Positions 32,029-41,014 of a DNA stretch of 55,465 nucleotides are shown here, piece by piece. The stretch is from a virus (Duplodnaviria; Caudoviricetes): the IMG/VR virus record IMGVR_UViG_3300022827_000009, positions 1 through 55,465 of that record, one strand, 5' to 3'. A program made the translations under genes and the position numbers. The notes under the pieces were generated by a model. It saw nothing but the letters and a program-made list of their open reading frames with translations. It ran no database searches and was not told the DNA's origin. The first letter of the stretch is position 1; each line of letters starts with the position of its first letter.

Positions 32029-33114
32029 GTGTCCAATAAGAACATAGCAATAGATAAAAATGGCGTTACTGTGTCATTCTCGGGTAGGTTTAAAGATGCC
32101 ATCTTCTCCAAGAAGGTGACCAAGCAGAATTTTCCAGGCAGACTAATATCTAGCTTTCTTGATGGTCACAATACTTACGAGATAAATACTCATGGGTACC
32201 GTGGACCTGAATTCACTGAAGGTGTAGGCATACTAGCTGCGGGCTGCTCACAGACCTTCGGGATCGGTGTTCCAGAAAATGGAACGTGGCCGCACTTGAT
32301 GGCGAAGAGTAGTGGGCTGTCTTACGCAAACCTGTCCTACCCCTCTGCTTCAATTGAGTGGATCGTAGAGTCTGTGTATAGGTACTGCGATGAGTTCGGC
32401 AGCCCTAAAAACATTTTTTGCTACTTCCCTGACCTGTTCAGGTCTGAGGAGGTCATCAACTTAGCGATCAACGATGTAACTAATAGAGACATCGGTGACT
32501 TCCCAAACGGGAGAACAGATGGAGACCAGAAAAAAGCGCTCATAATGTTTTCGGATCTGGACCTAAATTTGAAACAAAGAGCTAGAGTGTCTAAACGACC
32601 ATACCCGATAGATTCAACAACTCCCCCAGAATCTCCAGTTGTGCGATCAATAAAAAGTATTAGAGGCCTAGAGCGATATTGTAAAGCCGCAGGGATTCAC
32701 CTGAAATGGTCTGGCTGGACGGATGATTTAACCCAACTGATTGAAAACTACGGCGAAGAACTAGACTTTGACAACTATCTTTTAATGGAAAGTGCCCATA
32801 ACTGGAGGAGCTCTTTCGGGGATGGGCTGGATTACACGTCAACTAATCCAGAGGACTTGAAGGACTACAGACTTTTGCACAATAATACTAGTAACGAATC
32901 AATTAATAGATTTGGTTGCACGGATGCAATGGCAGAAGTTGGGAAATGCACTTGCTACTCTGACTGCCACTACGAATTTGAGGAAGACTTCCCTGAGTCA
33001 TTCCAGCTTGGTACTGATAGATTTAGAAATGGTCCTGCAACAGGTGCCCATTTAGGGGTGCACCGACACATGCACGTTGCCGATGAATTTTTGGAGAGTC
33101 TAAATGGAGCATGA
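32029..33114 (+). CDS. SGNH-hydrolase-like protein, paralog 3
   Basis: NTHGYRGPEF, GCSQTFG, NLSYPSAS and GTD...HLGVHRH. Start set at GTG 32029. Confidence 0.6.
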   Translation: MSNKNIAIDKNGVTVSFSGRFKDAIFSKKVTKQNFPGRLISSFLDGHNTYEINTHGYRGPEFTEGVGILAAGCSQTFGIGVPENGTWPHLMAKSSGLSYANLSYPSASIEWIVESVYRYCDEFGSPKNIFCYFPDLFRSEEVINLAINDVTNRDIGDFPNGRTDGDQKKALIMFSDLDLNLKQRARVSKRPYPIDSTTPPESPVVRSIKSIRGLERYCKAAGIHLKWSGWTDDLTQLIENYGEELDFDNYLLMESAHNWRSSFGDGLDYTSTNPEDLKDYRLLHNNTSNESINRFGCTDAMAEVGKCTCYSDCHYEFEEDFPESFQLGTDRFRNGPATGAHLGVHRHMHVADEFLESLNGA

Positions 33115-34093
33115 AATTTTCCTACAGTCTCATGGTTCGTACTTATATGTTAACCCTAGAGTCGCAAGTTATATCTATGGAGTGGGTGTGCATAGACTAA
33201 ATGATACCGGGCAGACGCAACTCTACCCAAAAAATGACCCCGATCAGGAGTACAAGATAAACTCCTTGGGGTACAGGTCAAAAGAATTTAAGAGAGGGAC
33301 GCCACTACTAGTGGCCGGGTGCTCATATACATATGGAGCTGGACTGCCAGAAGATGCTACATGGGGAGCGCAGTTAGCCGAGAAGCTAGACCTAGAGTAC
33401 TCAAACCTGTCGCAATATGGGGCATCAATACCCTGGATTGTAGGGAATGTTCTTGCCTACTGTAGGGAATTTGGTAATCCAGAGCACATTGTTTGTGGAT
33501 TCCCTAACCTGCTAAGAGGTCTGGTGGTGACAGATCAAAGGACCACCACTGCCTACCAAGATGGATCAGGCTACGTACCTCAATACCAAAATGATGTGCG
33601 GTCATACCTTATCAATGAGATAGACTCAAGCAAGAGGCCGAGAATTTCTAAGCGCCCCCACGAGGCAAGCGATGTCCTGACGCCCGAAACGGCTGTACTT
33701 TATGGAATTGATTACATAAGAATGCTTGAGCAGTACTGCGATGCTGCGGGAATTAACTTAATCTGGTCAATGCTTGAGGGGAGTGCAGACGAACATATAA
33801 GGGGTCTTCCAGAAAAGTATAGTTTTAATTACTATGCGGACCTATCTCTTAGGGAGTTTAACCGCCACACTGAGGATACTTCTGAGTGGGGATTCTACCA
33901 TAATGATGAGTTCCCTGACAAGGTTGGGGAAGTCTGCCACCAAGAAGAGCTCGAACGGTGGGGCCGGTATAGCTGGCTCCTGGGAACAGACAGAGGGTAT
34001 GGCAAAGTATCTGCCCATCCTGGCGTTCATACAAGTGTTCATTGGGCAGATGGGTTCTATAAAGAATTCATGAGAAGACAGGAGCAGGGTTAG
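33104..34093 (+). CDS. SGNH-hydrolase-like protein, paralog 4
   Basis: NSLGYRSKEF, GCSYTYG, NLSQYGAS and GTD...HPGVH. Confidence 0.6.
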   Translation: MEHEIFLQSHGSYLYVNPRVASYIYGVGVHRLNDTGQTQLYPKNDPDQEYKINSLGYRSKEFKRGTPLLVAGCSYTYGAGLPEDATWGAQLAEKLDLEYSNLSQYGASIPWIVGNVLAYCREFGNPEHIVCGFPNLLRGLVVTDQRTTTAYQDGSGYVPQYQNDVRSYLINEIDSSKRPRISKRPHEASDVLTPETAVLYGIDYIRMLEQYCDAAGINLIWSMLEGSADEHIRGLPEKYSFNYYADLSLREFNRHTEDTSEWGFYHNDEFPDKVGEVCHQEELERWGRYSWLLGTDRGYGKVSAHPGVHTSVHWADGFYKEFMRRQEQG

Positions 34094-34432
34094 ATGACTG
34101 AGCAACCAAAATGGTTTGAAGATGGCGGGCAACCAGAAGAAGACAGATTTGCTGATGGGTTTAAAGATGGATTTGGCAGGGCTAGAGAGATCTTCTGGCG
34201 AGACTTTATGCGCAAGGCAGGAGACGCTCGACTAATGTCAGAGCAGATCCGCGAGCTAAACCCCTTGAAAGCGGACGAGTTTGCGCTTACGGACGCTATC
34301 TATCGAAGTGTTGCAGATAATATCGCGCGGTCCCACAACTTGTACCCTGGTGCCATTGCAGGAGACGAAGCTCTAGAAGGACCTATCGGTAGAGGATTCA
34401 CTGTCAACTACGACCACCTATACAGGTATTAG
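34094..34432 (+). CDS. Hypothetical protein
   Basis: AGGAG RBS; abuts the previous gene. Confidence 0.6.
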   Translation: MTEQPKWFEDGGQPEEDRFADGFKDGFGRAREIFWRDFMRKAGDARLMSEQIRELNPLKADEFALTDAIYRSVADNIARSHNLYPGAIAGDEALEGPIGRGFTVNYDHLYRY

Positions 34433-34446
34433 GCAAGTGTTATTCT

Positions 34447-34977
34447 ATGGTTGAAGAACCCCGTCTTTACAGATTTGAAGCTTACACTTCAGGCAAAATT
34501 ATTATTGAGTGGGCCTGGCTTATGCTGGGTGAACTGCAGTCTTACTTGATCAATCAAGCTAACCCCGGCGCTTCCATATATCGAAGAGCAACCAAAGACG
34601 AAGAGCAACTCTATGATGATGCCTATGAAGACGGCTACCATATGGCAACGATACAAGAGGTTGTAGACAATAGTAATGGACTAACCTACAGGGTTGAGTT
34701 CAATAAAGATGCCAAGGGGGACCTGGATGTAAATGGCCTAGTGGGCCACAAGATGTTCGAGTGCGCGACTTGCGGGAAACATAAAGATCTAGACACTGAG
34801 GTTGCGATTATTGAGGCTGGCCCTTGGTATCTTGCAACTTTAAAGAACGATGTGCTATGGTTTAACTGCTACGACTGCACGTCTTTGGGTGTCGATATCT
34901 CTCAGATAGAGTTGGAAGTCGACATAGATTGGGATAGTAATGAAGTTCCGGACGAGGGTGAGCAAGGATCCAGTTGA
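34447..34977 (+). CDS. Hypothetical protein with two CxxC motifs
   Basis: CATC...CYDC; start position uncertain. Confidence 0.6.
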   Translation: MVEEPRLYRFEAYTSGKIIIEWAWLMLGELQSYLINQANPGASIYRRATKDEEQLYDDAYEDGYHMATIQEVVDNSNGLTYRVEFNKDAKGDLDVNGLVGHKMFECATCGKHKDLDTEVAIIEAGPWYLATLKNDVLWFNCYDCTSLGVDISQIELEVDIDWDSNEVPDEGEQGSS

Positions 34978-35432
34978 GTGAACTTGGTCTAGACTGGGGC
35001 CAATCTGCCGCCCCCCCTCCTAAACAGAGCAAGGCCATGAAGGCCAAAGCTGCAGTAAACGTTTCTATTTTTACTATGGATAAACATAAGTGTGAGGCAG
35101 CACATAAAACGCCTGCTACTTTTATTAAGTGTGCACTACGTGTTTATAGGAAAAACGTCGCCGACAGACTCGCCTTGCCGTCAATAGATGTTAAGGGCTC
35201 CGGCCCTTGGGCAACTACCCATACTAGCGAAAGTGACAGCTACTACTCACACACTGGGGAGTATGATCTAGACCATCAGCACGAACTTCTAGACGTCACC
35301 CTATTCGAGACTTTAGAGGAAGCAGCCGAGTGGCAGAAGTTTCAAGTAAAATTCTGTAAAAGCTCTACTGGTTGTAGTGATGATTGCAATAGTATCGGAA
35401 TGCATGGATATGTGACTAAGATAGTACTATGA
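34974..35432 (+). CDS. Hypothetical Cys/His protein
   Basis: HKC..AHKT...KC; C...C...C...H at the C-terminus. Confidence 0.55.
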   Translation: MSELGLDWGQSAAPPPKQSKAMKAKAAVNVSIFTMDKHKCEAAHKTPATFIKCALRVYRKNVADRLALPSIDVKGSGPWATTHTSESDSYYSHTGEYDLDHQHELLDVTLFETLEEAAEWQKFQVKFCKSSTGCSDDCNSIGMHGYVTKIVL

Positions 35433-35731
35433 ATGAAAATAAAGTGAATTTAGACGAATTTAGAAAAGTGGCCCATGAGTTCTACCAACATGGTGAAGAC
35501 GTACTTGTAAAGAAACAATCGGACTACGGACCGAAAAATATCTCCATGTCACCCGGCGGACCCCTTAATGGGCTCAGAGTTCGCATGCACGACAAGCTTT
35601 CTCGCATAAATAACCTAATTGACAGCGGAGTTGAGCCAGAAAACGAAAGTTTAGCCGACTCCTTCCTTGATCTTGCGAACTATAGCATCATTGCAATGAT
35701 GGTGATAGAGGGAAAATGGCCAAAAGAGTGA
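35429..35731 (+). CDS. DUF1599-like (nucleotide-modification-associated domain 1) protein
   Basis: KKQSDYG...VRMHDKLSRINNL...ESLADSFLDLANY. Confidence 0.8.
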   Translation: MNENKVNLDEFRKVAHEFYQHGEDVLVKKQSDYGPKNISMSPGGPLNGLRVRMHDKLSRINNLIDSGVEPENESLADSFLDLANYSIIAMMVIEGKWPKE

Positions 35732-35792
35732 AGAAATAACATCCTCTAGCGTTTGGTAGGCTATAGACATTAAACCGTCGAAAGGCTACAGT

Positions 35793-35981
35793 ATGACATC
35801 ACACCCTCCAATGTTCTCGTCTGATAAAAAAGAGCAAAAGAAATGGGACGACGGCTTTAAGGCCGGAATAGCAGAAGTCCTCCATGAACTTGAATCTTCC
35901 GTAGAGGTTGCAGATCTTGAATCACCAGCCACTGCGTGGGTGCAAGAGCTATCCCAGAAGCTCAGTAAAAAATACGTTTAA
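35793..35981 (+). CDS. Hypothetical small protein
   Basis: GAAAGG RBS; upstream TGGTAGGCT -10. Confidence 0.55.
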   Translation: MTSHPPMFSSDKKEQKKWDDGFKAGIAEVLHELESSVEVADLESPATAWVQELSQKLSKKYV

Positions 35982-36013
35982 TAGGGTGTGGCTTCTACTG
36001 ATAAAATTAGTAG

Positions 36014-36259
36014 ATGGGTACACCTATTACAGATTCTGACATTCCTTCGCTTGAAGGCCGGTTTGTCCACTTCGCTAATCCTAAATTCACAGGTGATGCT
36101 CCTTGCATTAGAGCTAAGGTCACCCATGTTGATGCATCAAATAACCCTAAAGTCCTGTATGTACAGCCTCGTGGGGTAGGATACTCTATAAGAGTAGACA
36201 TAAATTGCTACAACACAGCAGAGAAAGTAGAAGTCGATGAACTCCATACGAGCCACTGA
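36014..36259 (+). CDS. Hypothetical small protein
   Basis: TAAAAT-N6-ATG leaderless start. Confidence 0.6.
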   Translation: MGTPITDSDIPSLEGRFVHFANPKFTGDAPCIRAKVTHVDASNNPKVLYVQPRGVGYSIRVDINCYNTAEKVEVDELHTSH

Positions 36260-36527
36260 AAAGCAAATGCGGAACCTACAGAAGCAACGTCATGCTTATG
36301 ATATTCAGGTAATGGTACTCTCTAATCCTCTGTTTAAAAACCTGGGAAAGCGTGACCAGAAGAATCTAGTTAAGCTGATCTACAAAGCTGAGATGATGGA
36401 GATGTTCATGCGCGACAGTCAGATTGTGCACATTAATGACTCGTTTGATCAGATTGTAGAAGACGTAGCCAACATGCTGAACGAAGGGTATGAAGGCGAC
36501 GAAGACGGTGAAGAAGAGCAGCGCTAA
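36237..36527 (+). CDS. Hypothetical protein
   Basis: Last + gene before the convergent terminator. Confidence 0.6.
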   Translation: MNSIRATEKQMRNLQKQRHAYDIQVMVLSNPLFKNLGKRDQKNLVKLIYKAEMMEMFMRDSQIVHINDSFDQIVEDVANMLNEGYEGDEDGEEEQR

Positions 36528-36535
36528 TCTTTGGT

Positions 36536-36583
36536 AAAAAGATAACCCCCTATATCATTTCTGATTTAGGGGGTTCCTTTTTT
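36536..36583. terminator. Bidirectional intrinsic terminator
   Basis: AACCCCCTATATCA-TTTC-TGATTTAGGGGGTT with A and T tracts, between convergent genes. Confidence 0.8.
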
Positions 36584-36591
36584 ATTTTGAT

Positions 36592-36897
36592 CTAGTAAGC
36601 AGAATCTGGCTGTCCACCCTCATAGGTGACAGTGAAGTTTTCCTCTGAAGGAGAACCACCTGAAACCGTTGTAGAAAAGGCGTCAGTTGTTGGAGTGCCG
36701 CTATCCCCACCGATTAGACCAAAATCTGCAAGTATATTGAATACAGTAGATGCATCAGCTTGCGGTGCCCAGTCGGTGCCGTTAAACATAAAGATAGCGT
36801 TTAAGTCAGACCTATAGAAAAGTTCGCCCTCAGAAGCCACCCCTGGATTTACTGAACCAGAAGGTAGACCTACAGGGGTTAGAAATTTCTTTGCCAT
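36592..36897 (-). CDS. Small virion-associated-type protein
   Basis: P..ASEGELFYRSD...FNGTDW module, recalled from tail-fibre-associated proteins. Confidence 0.6.
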   Translation of the reverse strand: MAKKFLTPVGLPSGSVNPGVASEGELFYRSDLNAIFMFNGTDWAPQADASTVFNILADFGLIGGDSGTPTTDAFSTTVSGGSPSEENFTVTYEGGQPDSAY

Positions 36898-36900
36898 AGT

Positions 36901-38316
36901 CTAGTATTTATCGTTATCTAGAGCAGTAACGAGCGCCTGTAGGGTTTCAGGGCTCCAGGTGCCGTCTGTCTTACCTTTATACGTTCCTGCAGCCTTCAGG
37001 AGGCGCTGTAGGGCTGTGTGGGTCAAAGGACCTGGTTTACCATCTATAGGGCCATCATAGCCAAACGACTGTACACTGAGCTGCATTGCCTTATAAGTGT
37101 TCTTACCTGGCACTCCATCGGTTGGACCCGTGTAGCCAGACTTGCCTAGAGCCTTCTGGTACTTAGCCCAGTCTGCTTTAGGTAGACCGTTAGCGTATGG
37201 GGACTTAGGTGCTGGTGTTGGGGCTACCACCTTAGGCTTTGGGGCAACTACTTTTGGCGTAGGCTTAGGCGTAGGCTTAGGCTTAGGGACAGGCTTTGGT
37301 GTTGGCTTAGGCGCAGGTATCGCATTCGCTACCTCTTTGAGGCTAAGTCTTGGCGTAGGTGCTGGTGTCACCACTGGCTTAGGTGCTGGCTTTGCCTTAG
37401 GCTTAGGTGCTGGCTTAGGCTTAACGACTGCTTTAGGCTCAGGGTTTGGTACCTTTGGGGCTAGAACGTGAATGATAGCTGGAGCGGTAACATAGATTAC
37501 CTGGGGCTCATCCTCAACAGATTGCACAACCTCTGGTACCACTTCTGGTACCACTTCTGCAGCCACTGGTTCTGGTGCAGTTAGAGTCTCTTCAGAAACT
37601 ACAACATCATAGACCTCTACGGTAATCTTGTGAGAGTCTGTAAGAGTGATGCCCTTGTTGATCTCGTCAGACTTTTTCACTGTCTTGTAGTAAACGCTTG
37701 CGTCATCTTTGCGGATGCGAACGTTGGACCCTATCGGTGCTCCTGTAACTGTCACGACAACATTGCTGTTCTTAGGTGTGTAGAGTACGTCTACATCGTC
37801 CTGTATGTTCTCGTGGATCTCGCTTAAGATTAGCTGTTTAATGTCAGACTTCTCTGAAGTGGTTCCGAAGACGCTCTTTAGTGTCTTACCAGCTGTCGCG
37901 TGGAGGTGAACGCCAGAACTGGCTGCTCCACTGTTTCCCATTGTTAGACCGTGTGAAGTATCGCCAGCAACTAGTGTGTCGCCAACTTCTACCTTAACCG
38001 CTAGGGATCCGTTGTGACCACCTTTGCAGTTAGTTCCGTGCATGTTGCACTTTAAATGGCAGTAACCAAGATACCAGATAGTACCGTCTTTATCCATTGC
38101 AGTTTGAACTACAACCCAGCCCAAGATGTTACTGAACTGTATAAGCTGAACTGTTCCGTCCGCAATGGCTGGAATAAGAGTGATTCCGCTTCGTGAACCT
38201 CTAGGGGCCCAATCGGTTCCGGAGTGTGGCTGATATCCTCGGAGACGTCGGAATTCCGACATTGTTCCGAACTCGCCAGTGATGGTGCTCTCTGGGAATG
38301 GCATTACCCAAGTCAT
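36901..38316 (-). CDS. M23 peptidase lysin with Pro/Lys linker and C-terminal peptidoglycan-binding repeats
   Basis: HSGTD, YCHL and GVHLH motifs; C-terminal (Y.GP.DG.PG..T..ALQ) repeats. Confidence 0.85.
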   Translation of the reverse strand: MTWVMPFPESTITGEFGTMSEFRRLRGYQPHSGTDWAPRGSRSGITLIPAIADGTVQLIQFSNILGWVVVQTAMDKDGTIWYLGYCHLKCNMHGTNCKGGHNGSLAVKVEVGDTLVAGDTSHGLTMGNSGAASSGVHLHATAGKTLKSVFGTTSEKSDIKQLILSEIHENIQDDVDVLYTPKNSNVVVTVTGAPIGSNVRIRKDDASVYYKTVKKSDEINKGITLTDSHKITVEVYDVVVSEETLTAPEPVAAEVVPEVVPEVVQSVEDEPQVIYVTAPAIIHVLAPKVPNPEPKAVVKPKPAPKPKAKPAPKPVVTPAPTPRLSLKEVANAIPAPKPTPKPVPKPKPTPKPTPKVVAPKPKVVAPTPAPKSPYANGLPKADWAKYQKALGKSGYTGPTDGVPGKNTYKAMQLSVQSFGYDGPIDGKPGPLTHTALQRLLKAAGTYKGKTDGTWSPETLQALVTALDNDKY

Positions 38317-38354
38317 AATGCTCCTTACATAATTGATGGAGTTGCAGTACTATT

Positions 38355-38576
38355 TTACCGCGGATGTAGATGTTCGAGTTTGGCCTTGGCTGCCTCGTGA
38401 GAGTAACGAATCATTCCAGGATACATGAATCGTCTGAGATCGCGATAATAGTTCTCGTGCCAATGTTTGGGATGCATGTGAACGCACCACTCTCTGGCCG
38501 CAACGCAGTTTCTATTGCGTATAACTTTGGCGTCACTTTCCAAGAAATACCTAAAGTAGAGGGTTAGCCTTCTCAT
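38355..38576 (-). CDS. Hypothetical small basic protein
   Basis: Minus-strand TGATAAACT-N6-ATG leaderless start. Confidence 0.5.
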   Translation of the reverse strand: MRRLTLYFRYFLESDAKVIRNRNCVAAREWCVHMHPKHWHENYYRDLRRFMYPGMIRYSHEAAKAKLEHLHPR

Positions 38577-38706
38577 TAAAAAAGTTTATCATCGTTTGGT
38601 GCTTGGTGAGTTTGATGTGTGCTACTATTATGGGCTCTCGAATGGCAGGTAAAAGAATAACAGAAAAAGTGGCAATTTGTGCACCATGTATGTGTATAAT
38701 ATAACT

Positions 38707-38818
38707 GCTGCAAGGTTTTTCGTTCTCCCTTGTAGCTTTTGTTGATTGGTAGAACTGCTTAGCATGGGCAGTAAACGGTCCGAGGGTTTTTTCGTAATTT
38801 CCCCTCGGGCCGTTTTTT
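38707..38818 (+). ncRNA. Candidate three-hairpin small RNA with two anti-RBS loops
   Basis: TGTGTATAAT -10 at 38691-38700. Hairpins at 38707-38736, 38754-38772 and 38773-38815 plus a T tract. Loops TTTTTCGTTCTC and TTTTTTCGTAATTTC. No ORF. Confidence 0.65.
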
Positions 38819-38865
38819 ATCTTTGGTGGTTGACACGATTAGATTAAAACAGTAGTGTTCTATCT

Positions 38866-39336
38866 ATGATAAAAAACAGAGAAGAATATAACGAGTACAT
38901 GCGAAGCTATATGCGTGGCTACTCTAAGGAAAGAAGACTAGAGCATAGAACAAAGATCATGGCTCTACTGGGAAACGTATGTGCTTGTGGCTCCACGACT
39001 AATCTGGGCATGAGTCCTGGAGATGATGCGGACGTTAACTTTGACATCTCGAAGAAACTTTCAAGCGCCCCTCTTAGCAAGCTGATGGTACAAAGTAAAA
39101 CCTACCGTATTAGATGTGGGAAGTGCCGAGCTAAAGACTTCGGTGTTGAGCACGGTGGTGGAGCCTCTGGTAAGAGGAACTGCATCTGTGAACCTTGTAA
39201 AGCTCGTAAGGCAGAATACATGATAGCTAGAGGAATTAAATACAGAGCTGTACGAGACGCTAAACGAAAAAGCGATAGACTACTAAAGCAAAATGAATCG
39301 AATAAATCGAATGAATCGAAAGGAGAGAACAAATGA
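38866..39336 (+). CDS. Degenerate HNH-like protein, paralog of 19982..20392
   Basis: LG.VC.CGSTTNL, CGKC and HG...CICEPC; catalytic DH absent. Promoter TTGACA-N17-TAGTGT-N7-ATG. Confidence 0.6.
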   Translation: MIKNREEYNEYMRSYMRGYSKERRLEHRTKIMALLGNVCACGSTTNLGMSPGDDADVNFDISKKLSSAPLSKLMVQSKTYRIRCGKCRAKDFGVEHGGGASGKRNCICEPCKARKAEYMIARGIKYRAVRDAKRKSDRLLKQNESNKSNESKGENK

Positions 39337-39527
39337 TTGAACTAACCTGGAGTTGGTTTGCATTCTTCATGGGAGTGCTGGCAACAGTATCCATTGGTTT
39401 TTGGGTACTGATCTTTTTTGCCTTCAAGCAGTGGAAAAAGTCAAAGTCATTGGAAGGACCTAGTGATGCTTTTTCAAAAATGATGGGCGACTGGGACTAC
39501 AAGAGTAATAAACCTAATAGCCTTTAA
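39333..39527 (+). CDS. Small single-TM protein
   Basis: Hydrophobic N-terminus; AAAGGAG RBS. Confidence 0.65.
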   Translation: MIELTWSWFAFFMGVLATVSIGFWVLIFFAFKQWKKSKSLEGPSDAFSKMMGDWDYKSNKPNSL

Positions 39528-39579
39528 GCTCCACTTCTGGCTAAAACTAATCGCGGATACCAGCAGTTATACTAAACGT

Positions 39580-39771
39580 ATGACTAGCTGGTATTTTGCA
39601 TTCTTAATGATAATAGTTGTCTGGGCGCTTGGGGTGATTGGGTTTTCAATCTGGATATTCCGGAAGGTGATCCCGGACGTAAAGAGCCTATTTCTGGAAA
39701 GCGACCTGACTGAAGAAGAGAAGCAGATCCTAATGATTAAAGCTATGTTCCCGCCGAAGTTCAACCGTTAA
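39580..39771 (+). CDS. Small single-TM protein
   Basis: TATACT-N6-ATG. Confidence 0.65.
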   Translation: MTSWYFAFLMIIVVWALGVIGFSIWIFRKVIPDVKSLFLESDLTEEEKQILMIKAMFPPKFNR

Positions 39772-39782
39772 CCGCTAAAACT

Positions 39783-40034
39783 TTAATCTTCGTAAGAGTC
39801 TTGCTCTACTTCTTCTTCACCCCAGGCGTAAACCCTGACGGTTTGATATAAATCTATAACTTCTCCAACCAACTTCTCTGTGGCTATCAGAAGGTCAGCC
39901 TTTTGTTCTGAGTCAGTGGGCTGGTCAATCTCTAAATGAATCTCTTGGACCGCGTACGCGCAGAGGTCTAACCGTCTTAGCGCTGTGGCTAGGGCGGTTT
40001 TAGTGTTGCCTCCGGTTGTGTTTGGTAGTTCCAT
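39783..40034 (-). CDS. Small helical acidic protein
   Basis: TACACT-N6-ATG on the minus strand. Confidence 0.6.
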   Translation of the reverse strand: MELPNTTGGNTKTALATALRRLDLCAYAVQEIHLEIDQPTDSEQKADLLIATEKLVGEVIDLYQTVRVYAWGEEEVEQDSYED

Positions 40035-40054
40035 GTGACAAGTGTATATGTTTT

Positions 40055-40540
40055 TTAGAGCGGGGATTGGTTAGTGGGGGCAATCGACTTAATGACTCCA
40101 ATAGTCCAAAAGCGACTATTTGTCCCTGGGCAGTGAGAAGTTGAGAAATAGACCGTCCTATTATTATCAGTAAACGAAGAAGGTAGAGAGGGAGTTTTTG
40201 ATAATAGATGGAGGGAAAGGTAGGGAAGGTAAAAGGGGGTGTTTTTTAGTTTCTTGATAATAGAATTTTGTTTTATTATCAAAGAACAGAGTCTTGTTGA
40301 ATGTTTTTTATGATAATAGCACTTAATACTTACTATGTTAAGTGTTATGACTACTAAAAATAGTACTACGCGTGACGCATGTGTGTATGGGTGGGGTGAA
40401 TTTTTAGTACACATAAGACTTAACTCTGTAAGTGTATAGTATGTTAGTGTAGAGAAGGATTTATTTCCTGTTTGCTTGGGAGAAGATAGTGGCAAAAGTA
40501 AATGGTTGTATTGTGTATTGTATTTCAGTAGAGAAAGTGC
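40055..40540. other. Origin-like non-coding region
   Basis: AT-rich and C-poor on the + strand; five TGATAATA copies in both orientations; inverted repeats; lies between divergent genes. Confidence 0.45.
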
Positions 40541-40552
40541 TAGATTAATTTT

Positions 40553-41014
40553 ATGAACAAAGAGACAGAGACCTGGGAGTTACCTCCAGTGCCAAGATCC
40601 TATGTGGATAAATTACGTAGTGAGGGTAACGTGGTGCTGGCACAAGATTACGAGGATCTATACAAGCATCACCAGCAAGAGCGTGAGCAGTTTATTGAGG
40701 ATCACCTTGGTGGAGATGTTACGACCTTCCACGAGGCTAGCAAGCAGGTTAGGGATAGGTTCCACGATATAGCTTCTGACATTGTTGATCTTCAAAGAAT
40801 TTCTAATAAAGAAACTAACTATGGGAGAACACCAAAGCAAGAAGCGTTAGATAACTTAGATTTTATGAACGACCACAAGTTGGTCTACAGGCAACAAAAA
40901 GATTTACTGGCTGGCTGGTATCAGAATTTAGCTACTGAATTGTTTTACTATGACGGAGTCATTTGGGACAAGATCCCTGATGAGAAAATTAATGAATTGG
41001 AGTACTTGGGATGA
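40553..41014 (+). CDS. Hypothetical protein with a C-terminal GWYQ...YDG..W...LEYLG module
   Basis: Module shared with the next gene; leaderless start. Confidence 0.7.
   Translation: MNKETETWELPPVPRSYVDKLRSEGNVVLAQDYEDLYKHHQQEREQFIEDHLGGDVTTFHEASKQVRDRFHDIASDIVDLQRISNKETNYGRTPKQEALDNLDFMNDHKLVYRQQKDLLAGWYQNLATELFYYDGVIWDKIPDEKINELEYLG

Noticed and set aside
37142-37471. + strand Gly/Leu-rich ORF
   Set aside because: Shadow of the PK repeats in the M23 lysin.
40055-40495. 146-aa minus-strand ORF
   Set aside because: Low-complexity product of the compositional skew with no recognisable motif; the region is better explained as non-coding.
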